From contig JAUSEW010000035.1 in NCBI GenBank assembly GCA_030651475.1, positions 1 to 54,161 of the forward strand: 54,161 nucleotides of DNA. Reading direction: 5' to 3'. Source of the stretch: Candidatus Levyibacteriota bacterium. GTDB lineage: Bacteria; Patescibacteriota; Microgenomatia; Levybacterales; UBA12049. Position numbers and translations under genes: made by a program. Each line of letters opens with the position of its first letter. Position 1 is the stretch's first letter. Under the pieces are notes generated by a model, which saw only the letters and a program-made list of their open reading frames with translations, searched no databases and was not told the DNA's origin. Below, piece after piece: positions 37,924-46,536 of this stretch.

Positions 37924-38395
37924 AATTAATTATGGTTATTTTCCTTCTACCCTCATCTAAATATTCAAATTTTATATCCCATCTTTTTTTAGGCAATAAC
38001 TTTCCCATTTTTTCCGCCCACTCAATCGCAACAATATTCTTCGGATCATTAATGATCTCCTCAATCCCCAACCCCTCAACATCTCTTTGACTATCGATTC
38101 TATATAAATCTATATGGTAAAAAACTTTTGAATTTTGAATTGTAGCTTTGATTTTTGAGCTTTGACTTTTGAGTTTTGTTGCATAACTCCTAACTATTAT
38201 AAACGTTGGCGAAATAATTCGCCTCTTAATACCCAATCCTTTTGCTAAGCCTTGTACGAATGTAGTTTTCCCGTCACCAAGATTTCCATAAAGAGCCAAA
38301 ATTCCTCCACCCTTTAAATTTTTAGCAACTTTTTCGCCTAAAGCTTGCGTTTCTTCAAAACTGTTGGTAATAAAAACGTCTTTTTTATTTTTCAT
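37913..38395 (-). CDS. tsaE: tRNA threonylcarbamoyladenosine biosynthesis ATPase TsaE
   Basis: GNLGDGKT, SPTF, HIDLYR, IEWAE; start at 38395 or 38422. Confidence 0.93.
   Translation of the reverse strand: MKNKKDVFITNSFEETQALGEKVAKNLKGGGILALYGNLGDGKTTFVQGLAKGLGIKRRIISPTFIIVRSYATKLKSQSSKIKATIQNSKVFYHIDLYRIDSQRDVEGLGIEEIINDPKNIVAIEWAEKMGKLLPKKRWDIKFEYLDEGRRKITIINYEK
38125..38179. repeat. Degenerate 7-nt tandem repeat in-frame in tsaE
   Basis: Minus-strand units TCAAAAG TCAAAGC TCAAAAA TCAAAGC TACAAT TCAAAAT TCAAAAG. Confidence 0.75.
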
Positions 38396-38431
38396 ATTAT
38401 CCACTCTAATGATACGTATCATTAAAGTATT

Positions 38432-39256
38432 TCAAGACTTCTGTTGTTTCTTATTTTTAATATAAAACCGAAAAAACAGTATACCACAGCTGGCAAGAAA
38501 AAGGATTCCTAATCCAATCAATATTTTGGGGGTATTGTTTGTTTGCTCGCCTAAAACCTCTGTTTTCTTTTTCGATGCTCCCGTTGTCTTAACCTCTAAT
38601 TGCGTATTTGTAACAATCGCGCTTTTAGTACTTTCACCCAAAACTTCAGTCGGCAAAACTGGCGTAGGAGTTAACGAGGGAGTTGGCGTAAGGGTTGGGG
38701 TTGGTTTTGGAGTTGGAGTATTGGTTGGTACAGGCGTAGAAGTCGGCGCCGGAGTAGGAGTTGGAGTAGGAGTTAAAGTTGGTGTTGGAGTAGAAGTAGG
38801 CAAAGCTATCGTAACCACTACGGCGCTATTGTTTGCTTCTGTAGCCGTAGAACCTCCTCCACTCGTATAGCGTCGCAACCGTATCTTATACGTTCCGTTG
38901 CCGTCATAATCCGTAGCGTTTGGGTTTCCTATTCTTCCTTGAATAGACCCCCCCCAAACGGTTCCGCTTTGAATAGCAACTGGCAAATACTGTGAATAAG
39001 TAGAACCACCATACCAATCAGATCCGTTAAAAGTTTCGCCAAAATAATTTGTGGTTTGATCTTTAAATATATCTATTCTTAAATAGTTCGTTCCTGCTGT
39101 TGCTCCAGATATAGAAGCAGTAACGGTAAAAGGTTCATCAGTAATTGTACTTGGATAATTATTAATAGTTACCGTTACTGCAAAAACTGGCCGAGGATAT
39201 AAAGAGAAAATTAAAGCGCATAAAAATAAATCCAGTAAGAAAGTCGATAATTTCAT
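38432..39256 (-). CDS. Surface protein: signal peptide, beta-rich domain, Pro/Thr repeat stalk, C-terminal TM anchor
   Basis: (PT)n tract about 38670-38800, hydrophobic C-terminus followed by KNKK. Confidence 0.75.
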   Translation of the reverse strand: MKLSTFLLDLFLCALIFSLYPRPVFAVTVTINNYPSTITDEPFTVTASISGATAGTNYLRIDIFKDQTTNYFGETFNGSDWYGGSTYSQYLPVAIQSGTVWGGSIQGRIGNPNATDYDGNGTYKIRLRRYTSGGGSTATEANNSAVVVTIALPTSTPTPTLTPTPTPTPAPTSTPVPTNTPTPKPTPTLTPTPSLTPTPVLPTEVLGESTKSAIVTNTQLEVKTTGASKKKTEVLGEQTNNTPKILIGLGILFLASCGILFFRFYIKNKKQQKS

Positions 39257-39283
39257 TTTTTAGAGAATTTTAAGATTCTCCAA

Positions 39284-40450
39284 TTATTGCCCTATATGTA
39301 AATAGTAAGTTTGAATACCATCAGTTTGATCGACCCGACTAAAAGGTAACTGTCCCCCCCCACAAGCTATACTGCCTCGGAAGAGTTCGCCGTCTTTAAC
39401 TGCACGAACTGCAAGAGAGGAATTGGAGTATAAATCAATTCCCGTATGCGGACCACCTGCATACCAACCAATCCTTGCCCAATAAGTCATACCAAATCCT
39501 TGCTCAATAAATATAGTGTCTGAAAGTGGCCAGCTCCAAGAACCGCCAAAGGAAAAAGATCCATCAGGAGAATTTTCAAAAGTAACCGACTTACTAGATA
39601 AATATTGACTGGGATCTTGTATTCCTCCATCCTTACGAACTTCAAGATGCAAATGAGTACCAGAAGAACATACCGACTTACCGCTTATCATATATCCAAT
39701 AATATCTCCTTCTTTAATTCTTCCAACCGAAACCGCATTTCCTCCGCCTGCAGCAATTTGCTGGATGGCTCTCTGCTCTGCTAAAGCAGATTGAAGCATC
39801 TGTTGATAAGTAGCCTCATTATTTTTTGTTACTTCTAAAAGCGCTTGCTTATCTCTTTTTTCTTGTGTAAGTTGGGCTGTGTAATTCTCAAGCTGCCTTT
39901 TTAGAGATTCTACTTTTTTCTTTTTTGTCTCAAAAATATCTTTCTGATTTGAATAATCATTTTTCGCCTGTTGAGTATTATATATGAGTGTCTTATCGTG
40001 AGATTGGGCAATTTTTAGATAATTAAGCCTTGAAAAGAAATTAGAAATACTATCCGATGTTAAAAGAATCTGCAAGGGTTGTATTCTTCCGACCTCATAA
40101 GTAGCAACAATCCTATTTGCCAAAACTCCAGCAAGAGTGTCTAGAGTTTTTTCAAGACCGGTTATTTTTTTCGTAGCAGTATCTATATCCAGAACTAAAT
40201 CTGAAATTTGCTGTTTGGTGGACTCAATTCTATACTCTGTCAGTCTTATCTGGTTATCAAAAACTGCAATTTGAGATGAAAGAGTTTTTTCCTGACCTTG
40301 AAGGTCTTTAGTTTTGCTTTCTAGACAATTTATTCTTTCTTTTAAATCAGATATTTCCTGACAATCTAAGGATTGAGCAGATATTCCCTTATTTCCAAAA
40401 ATAAATAAATATAAAAGAAGGAAAAATAGAAGCAATATTTTTTTTGTCAT
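39284..40450 (-). CDS. Coiled-coil plus M23-like murein hydrolase/activator (FtsEX partner)
   Basis: Signal peptide, long coiled coil, GTHLHLEV and HTGID motifs; start moved to ATG 40450. Confidence 0.8.
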   Translation of the reverse strand: MTKKILLLFFLLLYLFIFGNKGISAQSLDCQEISDLKERINCLESKTKDLQGQEKTLSSQIAVFDNQIRLTEYRIESTKQQISDLVLDIDTATKKITGLEKTLDTLAGVLANRIVATYEVGRIQPLQILLTSDSISNFFSRLNYLKIAQSHDKTLIYNTQQAKNDYSNQKDIFETKKKKVESLKRQLENYTAQLTQEKRDKQALLEVTKNNEATYQQMLQSALAEQRAIQQIAAGGGNAVSVGRIKEGDIIGYMISGKSVCSSGTHLHLEVRKDGGIQDPSQYLSSKSVTFENSPDGSFSFGGSWSWPLSDTIFIEQGFGMTYWARIGWYAGGPHTGIDLYSNSSLAVRAVKDGELFRGSIACGGGQLPFSRVDQTDGIQTYYLHIGQ

Positions 40451-40461
40451 AGAAAAACATA

Positions 40462-41328
40462 CTATTTCAGATACCTTAATACTGCCAGGAAACTGGAAAA
40501 TGCTCCCAGTATGCCTGCAAGGATAAACTCCGCCAAAAGAAGTTCCGCAAAAAACAGCAAGGGAACAGGAAAAATCGGGATTCCCTTTAGGAAAGATGAA
40601 AGAAATGGTACGGAATACAAAAGAGCTACTGTTGCCACAGCCCAACCGAGAAAAGCGCCGATAAATCCATAGAATATTCCTTCAAGTATAAAAGGCCAGC
40701 GAATGTACCAATTCGTAGCGCCAATAAGTCTCATTATTTCTATATCTTCTTTTTTCTGAGAAACCTTAACTCCAACTACAGTTACTATAATGAAAATAGA
40801 AACAAGAGAAAGCACAATAACCAAAACTAATCCAACCCTTCTTAGCGCACTTGTCCAAGATGTTAAAGTTGATACTACATCTTTTTGGAAAATGACTTCC
40901 TGAATTAAGGGTGAGCTCTTTAAAGTTTGGTAAACATTTTCTAAGTCTGATATTTTAACCGTTGAGATTTCCAACGATGCAGGCAAGATATCTGCAGTAA
41001 CAAGATCCAAAAGCAGCGGATCATTTTTGTTTTGCTCTTGATAAATTTTAAGAGCGTCTTCTTTGGATACGAATTTAACGCTTGCAATACTTTCCGTATC
41101 CCTAAGTTTTGTCTCCAACTCGTTTATGTCGCTTTGCTTAGTATCGTTTCTGAAAAATGCAGTAACTTGGGGTTTTGATTCAAAATAGCTAATCGCTTTT
41201 GCAGATCCAAAAATAAGAAAGGTTAAAAAAGAAACTGCAAGAAAGGTTAGCATCATAACCATGATTGCAGCCAATGCTTGATACGGAGATCGTCTGATAT
41301 TATGCCATACTGTCTTTAAAGTTTTCAT
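40462..41328 (-). CDS. ftsX: Cell division permease FtsX
   Basis: FVSKEDAL, EIMRLIGATNWYIRWPFILEG. Confidence 0.93.
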   Translation of the reverse strand: MKTLKTVWHNIRRSPYQALAAIMVMMLTFLAVSFLTFLIFGSAKAISYFESKPQVTAFFRNDTKQSDINELETKLRDTESIASVKFVSKEDALKIYQEQNKNDPLLLDLVTADILPASLEISTVKISDLENVYQTLKSSPLIQEVIFQKDVVSTLTSWTSALRRVGLVLVIVLSLVSIFIIVTVVGVKVSQKKEDIEIMRLIGATNWYIRWPFILEGIFYGFIGAFLGWAVATVALLYSVPFLSSFLKGIPIFPVPLLFFAELLLAEFILAGILGAFSSFLAVLRYLK

Positions 41329-42017
41329 AGATTCTTTTCTTTTGTCTTTTTCTTTTTCTTCTCATCGCTAATCAAACGCCCTTTATCAAGACTTACTACT
41401 CTTTTTGCAAGGCCATTTATAAATTCCGCGTTATGAGTAGCCATAATTACGGTTGTACCTTTTTGGTTTATAAGGGATAAAAGTTTTACTATTTCCCAAG
41501 AAGTATTCGTATCTAAATTGCCTGTAGGCTCATCTGCAAGAATTATATCCGGAGACAACGCCAGCGCTCTGGCAATTGCTACTCTTTGCAACTCCCCTCC
41601 GGATAATTGTATGGGAAATTTTTCCTTATGCTCTGCAATGCCAACTTGTTCAAGCACTTCCTCTATTCTATTTTTTGCCTCTAGAATATTTACACCCGCT
41701 ATTTCCATGGGCAAGGCAATATTTTCAAAAATTGTTCTATCCAGTAAAAGCTTTAGGTCCTGAAAAACAACACCTATTCTTTTTCTAAGATGCGGGATCT
41801 TATGTTTGGGTAGTTTTGCCACATCCCAATCATTAACTATAATTGTTCCCTCCGTTGGCAAAAGTTCTCTTGTTATCAATCTAAAAATAGTAGTTTTACC
41901 CGAACCTGAAGGTCCAACTAGAAAGACGAACTCCCCATTTTCAATGGTTAAGTCTATTGAAGAAAGAGCCAGAGTTCCGGTGCCGAATTTTTTTGAAACC
42001 TTATCAAGTTTTATCAT
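41325..42017 (-). CDS. ftsE: Cell division ATP-binding protein FtsE
   Basis: GPSGSGKT, GVVFQD, LSGGELQRVAIARA, ADEPTGNLD. Confidence 0.93.
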   Translation of the reverse strand: MIKLDKVSKKFGTGTLALSSIDLTIENGEFVFLVGPSGSGKTTIFRLITRELLPTEGTIIVNDWDVAKLPKHKIPHLRKRIGVVFQDLKLLLDRTIFENIALPMEIAGVNILEAKNRIEEVLEQVGIAEHKEKFPIQLSGGELQRVAIARALALSPDIILADEPTGNLDTNTSWEIVKLLSLINQKGTTVIMATHNAEFINGLAKRVVSLDKGRLISDEKKKKKTKEKNL

Positions 42018-42029
42018 CTGTCGAATGGA

Positions 42030-42500
42030 TTATTGAAGAATTTCTACCCTGCCTACATCCATAAGCCAACCCGCATATCTGGCAGTTTGAGTCTGTCCCC
42101 AAATTTTAACTTTCTTCCCTACGACTAAAGACAGATCCACTATGGAAGAAGTCAGGTAAACATTCTGACTGTCTCCTCCCGGTCTGACTAAATGATACGC
42201 TCCTTCTCCGTTTATCCCTCCGCCCTTAAGCACACCCTCTGCCACATCTTTAAATGTTTTCGTATCATTGGATCCCACGATGCTTCCCGCTGTTGATTCT
42301 TTTGTAAGGTTTGCAGTTCCTCCTCCAACATTAGCTACTCCCTTTTTGCTGATAAGATATCCTGTGCCAATTCCCAAAACTGCAACGACCAACAAAATAA
42401 TAATTAATTTCGTAGAGAAAACAGAAGATTCTTTTTGTTCCATATTATTCATTACCGGCGTCTCCGTAGTATTTAATGTTTGTGTATTTTCATTATCCAT
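42030..42500 (-). CDS. Membrane-anchored hypothetical protein
   Basis: One TM helix; SD-like AGGGGTGA upstream. Confidence 0.7.
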   Translation of the reverse strand: MDNENTQTLNTTETPVMNNMEQKESSVFSTKLIIILLVVAVLGIGTGYLISKKGVANVGGGTANLTKESTAGSIVGSNDTKTFKDVAEGVLKGGGINGEGAYHLVRPGGDSQNVYLTSSIVDLSLVVGKKVKIWGQTQTARYAGWLMDVGRVEILQ

Positions 42501-42563
42501 TTCGATATCACCCCTCTATTAGTAAAGCACAATCCCTGTATTTTTACAATCCCCGAAAGCCTG

Positions 42564-43568
42564 CTAAATTAATTTCCTTAGTTCTTCGTCTATAAACCCT
42601 TCTATTTCTCCATTCAAAACTGCTTCCGTGTTCGTTGTTTCAAAACCCGTACGTAAATCTTTCACCATATGGTAAGGATGCACCACATAAGATCTTATTT
42701 GATTGCCCCATCCGGGCACTTTGTATCCTCCTTTTAAATGCTCCTCTTCTTTTTTGCGCTTTTCTTCTTCCAAAACCCAAAGTTTTGCCCTCAAAATCTT
42801 CAATGCGTTTTCACGATTTTGACCCTGGTAACGCTCCGCGTGTGCAGTAACGACTATACCTGTTGGTTTGTGTTTCAAACGGACTGCAGTAGAAACCTTA
42901 TTGACGTTTTGTCCGCCGTGCCCTCCGGCTCTAAAAAATTCCCATTCCAAATCTTCATCTGTTATCCTTAGCTCCTCCTCCTTAACATCCGGCAATACTT
43001 CAACTAATGCAAAAGATGTTTGTCTTAAATGATCCGCATTAAAAGGAGATTGTCTAACTAAACGATGAACTCCTGCTTCGCCTTTTAAATATCCATAAGT
43101 ATATTTTCCGCTGACAGTCAAAATAACATTTTTTAAACCTGCTTCCTCTCCTAAGGTTTCTTCAATAACTTCGTATTTCCAACTTTTTCTATCAAAAAAA
43201 CGGGAATACATTCTATAAAGCATTTGTGTCCAATCCATTGCATCTACCCCCCCTTGTCCTGCATGAATTGAAAGAATTGCGCAACCTTGATCATATGGAC
43301 CGGATAAATAAAATACGATTTCCAAATCCTTAAGTAATTTACCTGCTTCTTCGTAGTCACCATTATCTGTCAGATCTTTAAGCTTCTCTGCCTTTTGAAT
43401 TTCCTCCTGCAAAACTGATAATTCCTTCATTTTATCCGAAGCTTCTTTGTGATTTTGCCAAAATGAAGGAGAAGAGCTTTGGACCTCGATTTCTCTTATC
43501 TTTTTTCTTTTATCATCTATCTTTAATTCCTCTAAAACTTTATTAATCTGCTCTCTTACGTTATCCAT
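42564..43568 (-). CDS. prfB: Peptide chain release factor 2 (single frame)
   Basis: SPF anticodon mimic (RQSPF), GGQ, QIRSYV; start moved to ATG 43568. Confidence 0.94.
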   Translation of the reverse strand: MDNVREQINKVLEELKIDDKRKKIREIEVQSSSPSFWQNHKEASDKMKELSVLQEEIQKAEKLKDLTDNGDYEEAGKLLKDLEIVFYLSGPYDQGCAILSIHAGQGGVDAMDWTQMLYRMYSRFFDRKSWKYEVIEETLGEEAGLKNVILTVSGKYTYGYLKGEAGVHRLVRQSPFNADHLRQTSFALVEVLPDVKEEELRITDEDLEWEFFRAGGHGGQNVNKVSTAVRLKHKPTGIVVTAHAERYQGQNRENALKILRAKLWVLEEEKRKKEEEHLKGGYKVPGWGNQIRSYVVHPYHMVKDLRTGFETTNTEAVLNGEIEGFIDEELRKLI

Positions 43569-43575
43569 ATTTATT

Positions 43576-43995
43576 TTATAAACCGCTGCATATTTTTGTG
43601 CATACGTCTTTTGCTTGATTTCTCGGATAATCCTGCAAAGACTGCAAATCCTCAATTATTTTCTTGACCTGTGGGGAAGAGGATGTGATATCAGCGACAT
43701 TAAGATTTTTTACTTCCTGCTGTATGACTTCAAGCTGATCTTGAACAATTTTCTGAACAGGTAAATTAGCTGCGGGCGGATTAATTTTTGTAGCTTGAGC
43801 GTTTAATTCTTCTTGCGTTACAGCGCCTTTAACAGATTGAAGAGCACTAATGATAGGAGATTCTTTAGGCAAGGTATTGTTGCCTAAAACAAAATTCTTT
43901 ATCCCGAACGCTCCTGTTAATAGTGCTATTATTACTAAAAGGGTAAGGAAAATTCTCTTTTTATTCCACGACTCTCCCTGTTCTAGTTTCTCCAT
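43576..43995 (-). CDS. Membrane-anchored hypothetical protein
   Basis: N-terminal TM helix, C-terminal CxxxC. Confidence 0.65.
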   Translation of the reverse strand: MEKLEQGESWNKKRIFLTLLVIIALLTGAFGIKNFVLGNNTLPKESPIISALQSVKGAVTQEELNAQATKINPPAANLPVQKIVQDQLEVIQQEVKNLNVADITSSSPQVKKIIEDLQSLQDYPRNQAKDVCTKICSGL

Positions 43996-43999
43996 GAGG

Positions 44000-44905
44000 T
44001 TATTTTAACATATATCTTATGCCTCTTTTTGCGTATGGATAAGTTGTAGCATAAAAAACCCCAAAAATAACAAGAACTCCTGAAATAATTAAACCTCCAG
44101 TTAATTTTTCTCCCAAAAAAGGAATCGCGGTAATTGCTGCAGAAAGAGGCCCAAGATACTGAAAGAAAGAAGCCGTAAAAGCAGATGTTCTTTTTATTGC
44201 GAATTGAATAAGAAAAAACATAAGAGCAGATGATATGATTCCTATCGTAAAAAGACTCAAAACTCCAAGCGGAGTGACATGAGATAGAATAAGTGGTCGA
44301 ACCGACTGCTCAATGGGAACCAAAATCAACAGAATAAAAGCTGTTATCGCATAACTTACAAAACTTGTTGTAACCGGTGAATAAACTCTTGTAAGTTTCT
44401 TCGAAAGAACCATATAGACAGCCCAAGATAATACAGCAAGAAGCGTAAGAAAATTTCCCAACGGCGTTCCAAGGGATAATATATCCATTTTAGAAGCTGA
44501 CTGCTGTATTAAAAAGATGATTCCTCCCATTGCAATAATAAGTCCAATAATTTTATGTCTTGTAAATTTTTCATTTAAAATAAAATAGCTTAATACGCTA
44601 ACAACTAAAGGAACTATTGTATAAAGAATTTGGGACATGATTGCACCCGTGTGCTGAGATGCTATGCTAAAAATCCCAACGTTTCCTGCAAAGAAAATTG
44701 ATTGTAGGGACAATTGTTTAATATCCGGTCGTTTTAATTTCTCTTTTTGCAGTATAAAGAAGGGCAACAATACCGTTGTTGCTATTATAAATCGAAGGCA
44801 GGTAAACAACAAAGGAGGAAAGTCCTTTATTCCAATTTTAAGAAGCAGCGTGCTTTGTCCCCCAATAAAACCAGCAACAAAAAGTGCTAATAATCCCATC
44901 CACAT
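44000..44905 (-). CDS. DMT/EamA family transporter
   Basis: Ten TM helices in two EamA-like repeats (LRF, LNEK, LGEKL). Confidence 0.88.
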   Translation of the reverse strand: MWMGLLALFVAGFIGGQSTLLLKIGIKDFPPLLFTCLRFIIATTVLLPFFILQKEKLKRPDIKQLSLQSIFFAGNVGIFSIASQHTGAIMSQILYTIVPLVVSVLSYFILNEKFTRHKIIGLIIAMGGIIFLIQQSASKMDILSLGTPLGNFLTLLAVLSWAVYMVLSKKLTRVYSPVTTSFVSYAITAFILLILVPIEQSVRPLILSHVTPLGVLSLFTIGIISSALMFFLIQFAIKRTSAFTASFFQYLGPLSAAITAIPFLGEKLTGGLIISGVLVIFGVFYATTYPYAKRGIRYMLK

Positions 44906-44937
44906 ATAATTAATTTAAAACGTGGTACAATAATAAC

Positions 44938-45273
44938 ATGAACTTAAAAACCCTTCAAGAAAAAATAAAACTCCTAAATGAGAAAATAAGACCACAATAC
45001 AAGCTTTATTCTCAAAAAGAGAAAGAAATTTTAACCAAAACAGTAAAGCTCAATGAAGAAGTAGGAGAATTATGCAACGATATTCTTTCTATTCTTAAGC
45101 TACAAAGGCGGGCGAAATTGGAAAAATTCGACAAAAGAAATGTCTATCAGGAATTTGCAGATGTTGTTATTACCACCATTCAATTAGCTGTTGCTGCAGG
45201 AGTAGATGTGGAAAGAGCTGTTAACGATAAGCTTAAAAAGATAGAAGAAAAATATTTGAAAAATTCAAATTAA
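44938..45273 (+). CDS. MazG-like nucleotide pyrophosphohydrolase
   Basis: KLNEEVGEL...EFADV motif. Confidence 0.85.
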   Translation: MNLKTLQEKIKLLNEKIRPQYKLYSQKEKEILTKTVKLNEEVGELCNDILSILKLQRRAKLEKFDKRNVYQEFADVVITTIQLAVAAGVDVERAVNDKLKKIEEKYLKNSN

Positions 45274-45605
45274 ATTTTTTGCTTACCTTTTGCTTCTTTA
45301 ATATCTTTATACAGCTCATCTTTTAGCTGATTCGCTGCTTTTTTAATTTTTTCCTCTATGTTATCTATTTTCTTCTTTAAATGCTCCCAAATTTTGTCAT
45401 GATTATTGGCAGATAAATGCGTTAAGAAAATCTTCTTATCTTCCTCCGAAAGTTCCGATAAGATTACATCCAAAATCACATTATGCATGGTTGCTTCCGT
45501 AAGAGATATCAGATGAATTCTTTCTTCTTTGGATAAATCCATATCTCCCAACTCAAGACTAATAGACGATGTCTCAATTATGTGACTGTAAAAATGTTTG
45601 TTCAT
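45270..45605 (-). CDS. Hypothetical helical protein
   Basis: About 111 aa; start at 45605 or 45626. Confidence 0.6.
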   Translation of the reverse strand: MNKHFYSHIIETSSISLELGDMDLSKEERIHLISLTEATMHNVILDVILSELSEEDKKIFLTHLSANNHDKIWEHLKKKIDNIEEKIKKAANQLKDELYKDIKEAKGKQKI

Positions 45606-45615
45606 ATTTAATCTA

Positions 45616-46497
45616 TTATAACGCAATTGGGCCTAAGGCAACTTTATCTTGCGGATCATCAATAAAAAAATAAAGCACAGGACCTCTTTTTGATCCGTCT
45701 TCTCTTTCTAGATAATTCATTACTTCCGGCGATCCGCCTAGATGTTTTCCTGTCCATTGCGACGGACCTGCATCTGCTATATCCGCCACAACTGACTTTC
45801 CGTTTTGGGGATTTACAACCAGCATTTTTCGATATTTAAAAAAATCCCTATATTCTGCAAATCTTTGATTAAAATCAGGGATTAAAAATGTCTGTACTGC
45901 TATATAATATTTTTCTCTCAATTTATCCTTTTGCGTTAATTGGTTTTGTGAAGGCGAGAAATAACCCCACGCCCCAAGTCCCGGCGCCATACCATAAGAC
46001 CAATATTTCGTAGCATCTTCGTTGTTATCGAAATGTGACGACATCGTATCTCCCGGATAAAGCGCCAAGTGCTGTTCCTGACCTATTACTCCATAATTTC
46101 TGTTAAGTTTTTTTCCATCCAGTTCTGCCAAAACTTTAAATCCAAAAATCCTGGATAAAATTTCAGAAACATTTTGTTCTTGATCAAATGTTAAAGGAAT
46201 AACCTCCGAAGGCAGAACATGCGAAAGATCAGACACCAAAAAAACATTTTTATTTATTTCCTTGGGGGACTGCGCATTTGCTACGGGAAAAGAGTCAGTA
46301 GCTATTTTTGGTAAAGACTGCGAACCTAAAAGAAATAATCCCGCAAGAGAACTTAAAGCAAATCGTTTTGTATTATCAACTAAGAAGCTTAACGCATTTC
46401 CATGTTTAGCCCAAAGCTTTTCCTGTAAACTTTTGTGTCTGGCTATCCATTTATCTTTTAAGTGTTCGTAGTGCGGTTTTGTATTTTGAGCAAACAT
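45616..46497 (-). CDS. Conserved-looking hypothetical protein, possible C-terminal double-psi beta-barrel
   Basis: KSVVADIADAGP resembles the RlpA/DPBB V-x-D-x-GP motif; weak. Confidence 0.5.
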   Translation of the reverse strand: MFAQNTKPHYEHLKDKWIARHKSLQEKLWAKHGNALSFLVDNTKRFALSSLAGLFLLGSQSLPKIATDSFPVANAQSPKEINKNVFLVSDLSHVLPSEVIPLTFDQEQNVSEILSRIFGFKVLAELDGKKLNRNYGVIGQEQHLALYPGDTMSSHFDNNEDATKYWSYGMAPGLGAWGYFSPSQNQLTQKDKLREKYYIAVQTFLIPDFNQRFAEYRDFFKYRKMLVVNPQNGKSVVADIADAGPSQWTGKHLGGSPEVMNYLEREDGSKRGPVLYFFIDDPQDKVALGPIAL

Positions 46498-46536
46498 ACC
46501 CTATCTAATAGTAAATAAACGTAAGAGCTAAATCAA

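Noticed and set aside
38670-38800. GGAGTAGGAGTT-type short repeats as a DNA repeat element
   Set aside because: Six-nt period matches Pro-Thr codons with synonymous variation, so explained by the protein
40451-40645. Cys-rich N-terminal extension of the M23 protein
   Set aside because: Lies inside ftsX in another frame; ATG 40450 starts a normal signal peptide
42529-42553. ACAATCCC direct repeat, 17-nt period, upstream of the 42030-42500 gene
   Set aside because: Only 8 nt, two copies, no matching regulator known; could be chance
43569-43655. N-terminal extension of prfB
   Set aside because: Overlaps the upstream gene's 3' end and does not resemble RF2
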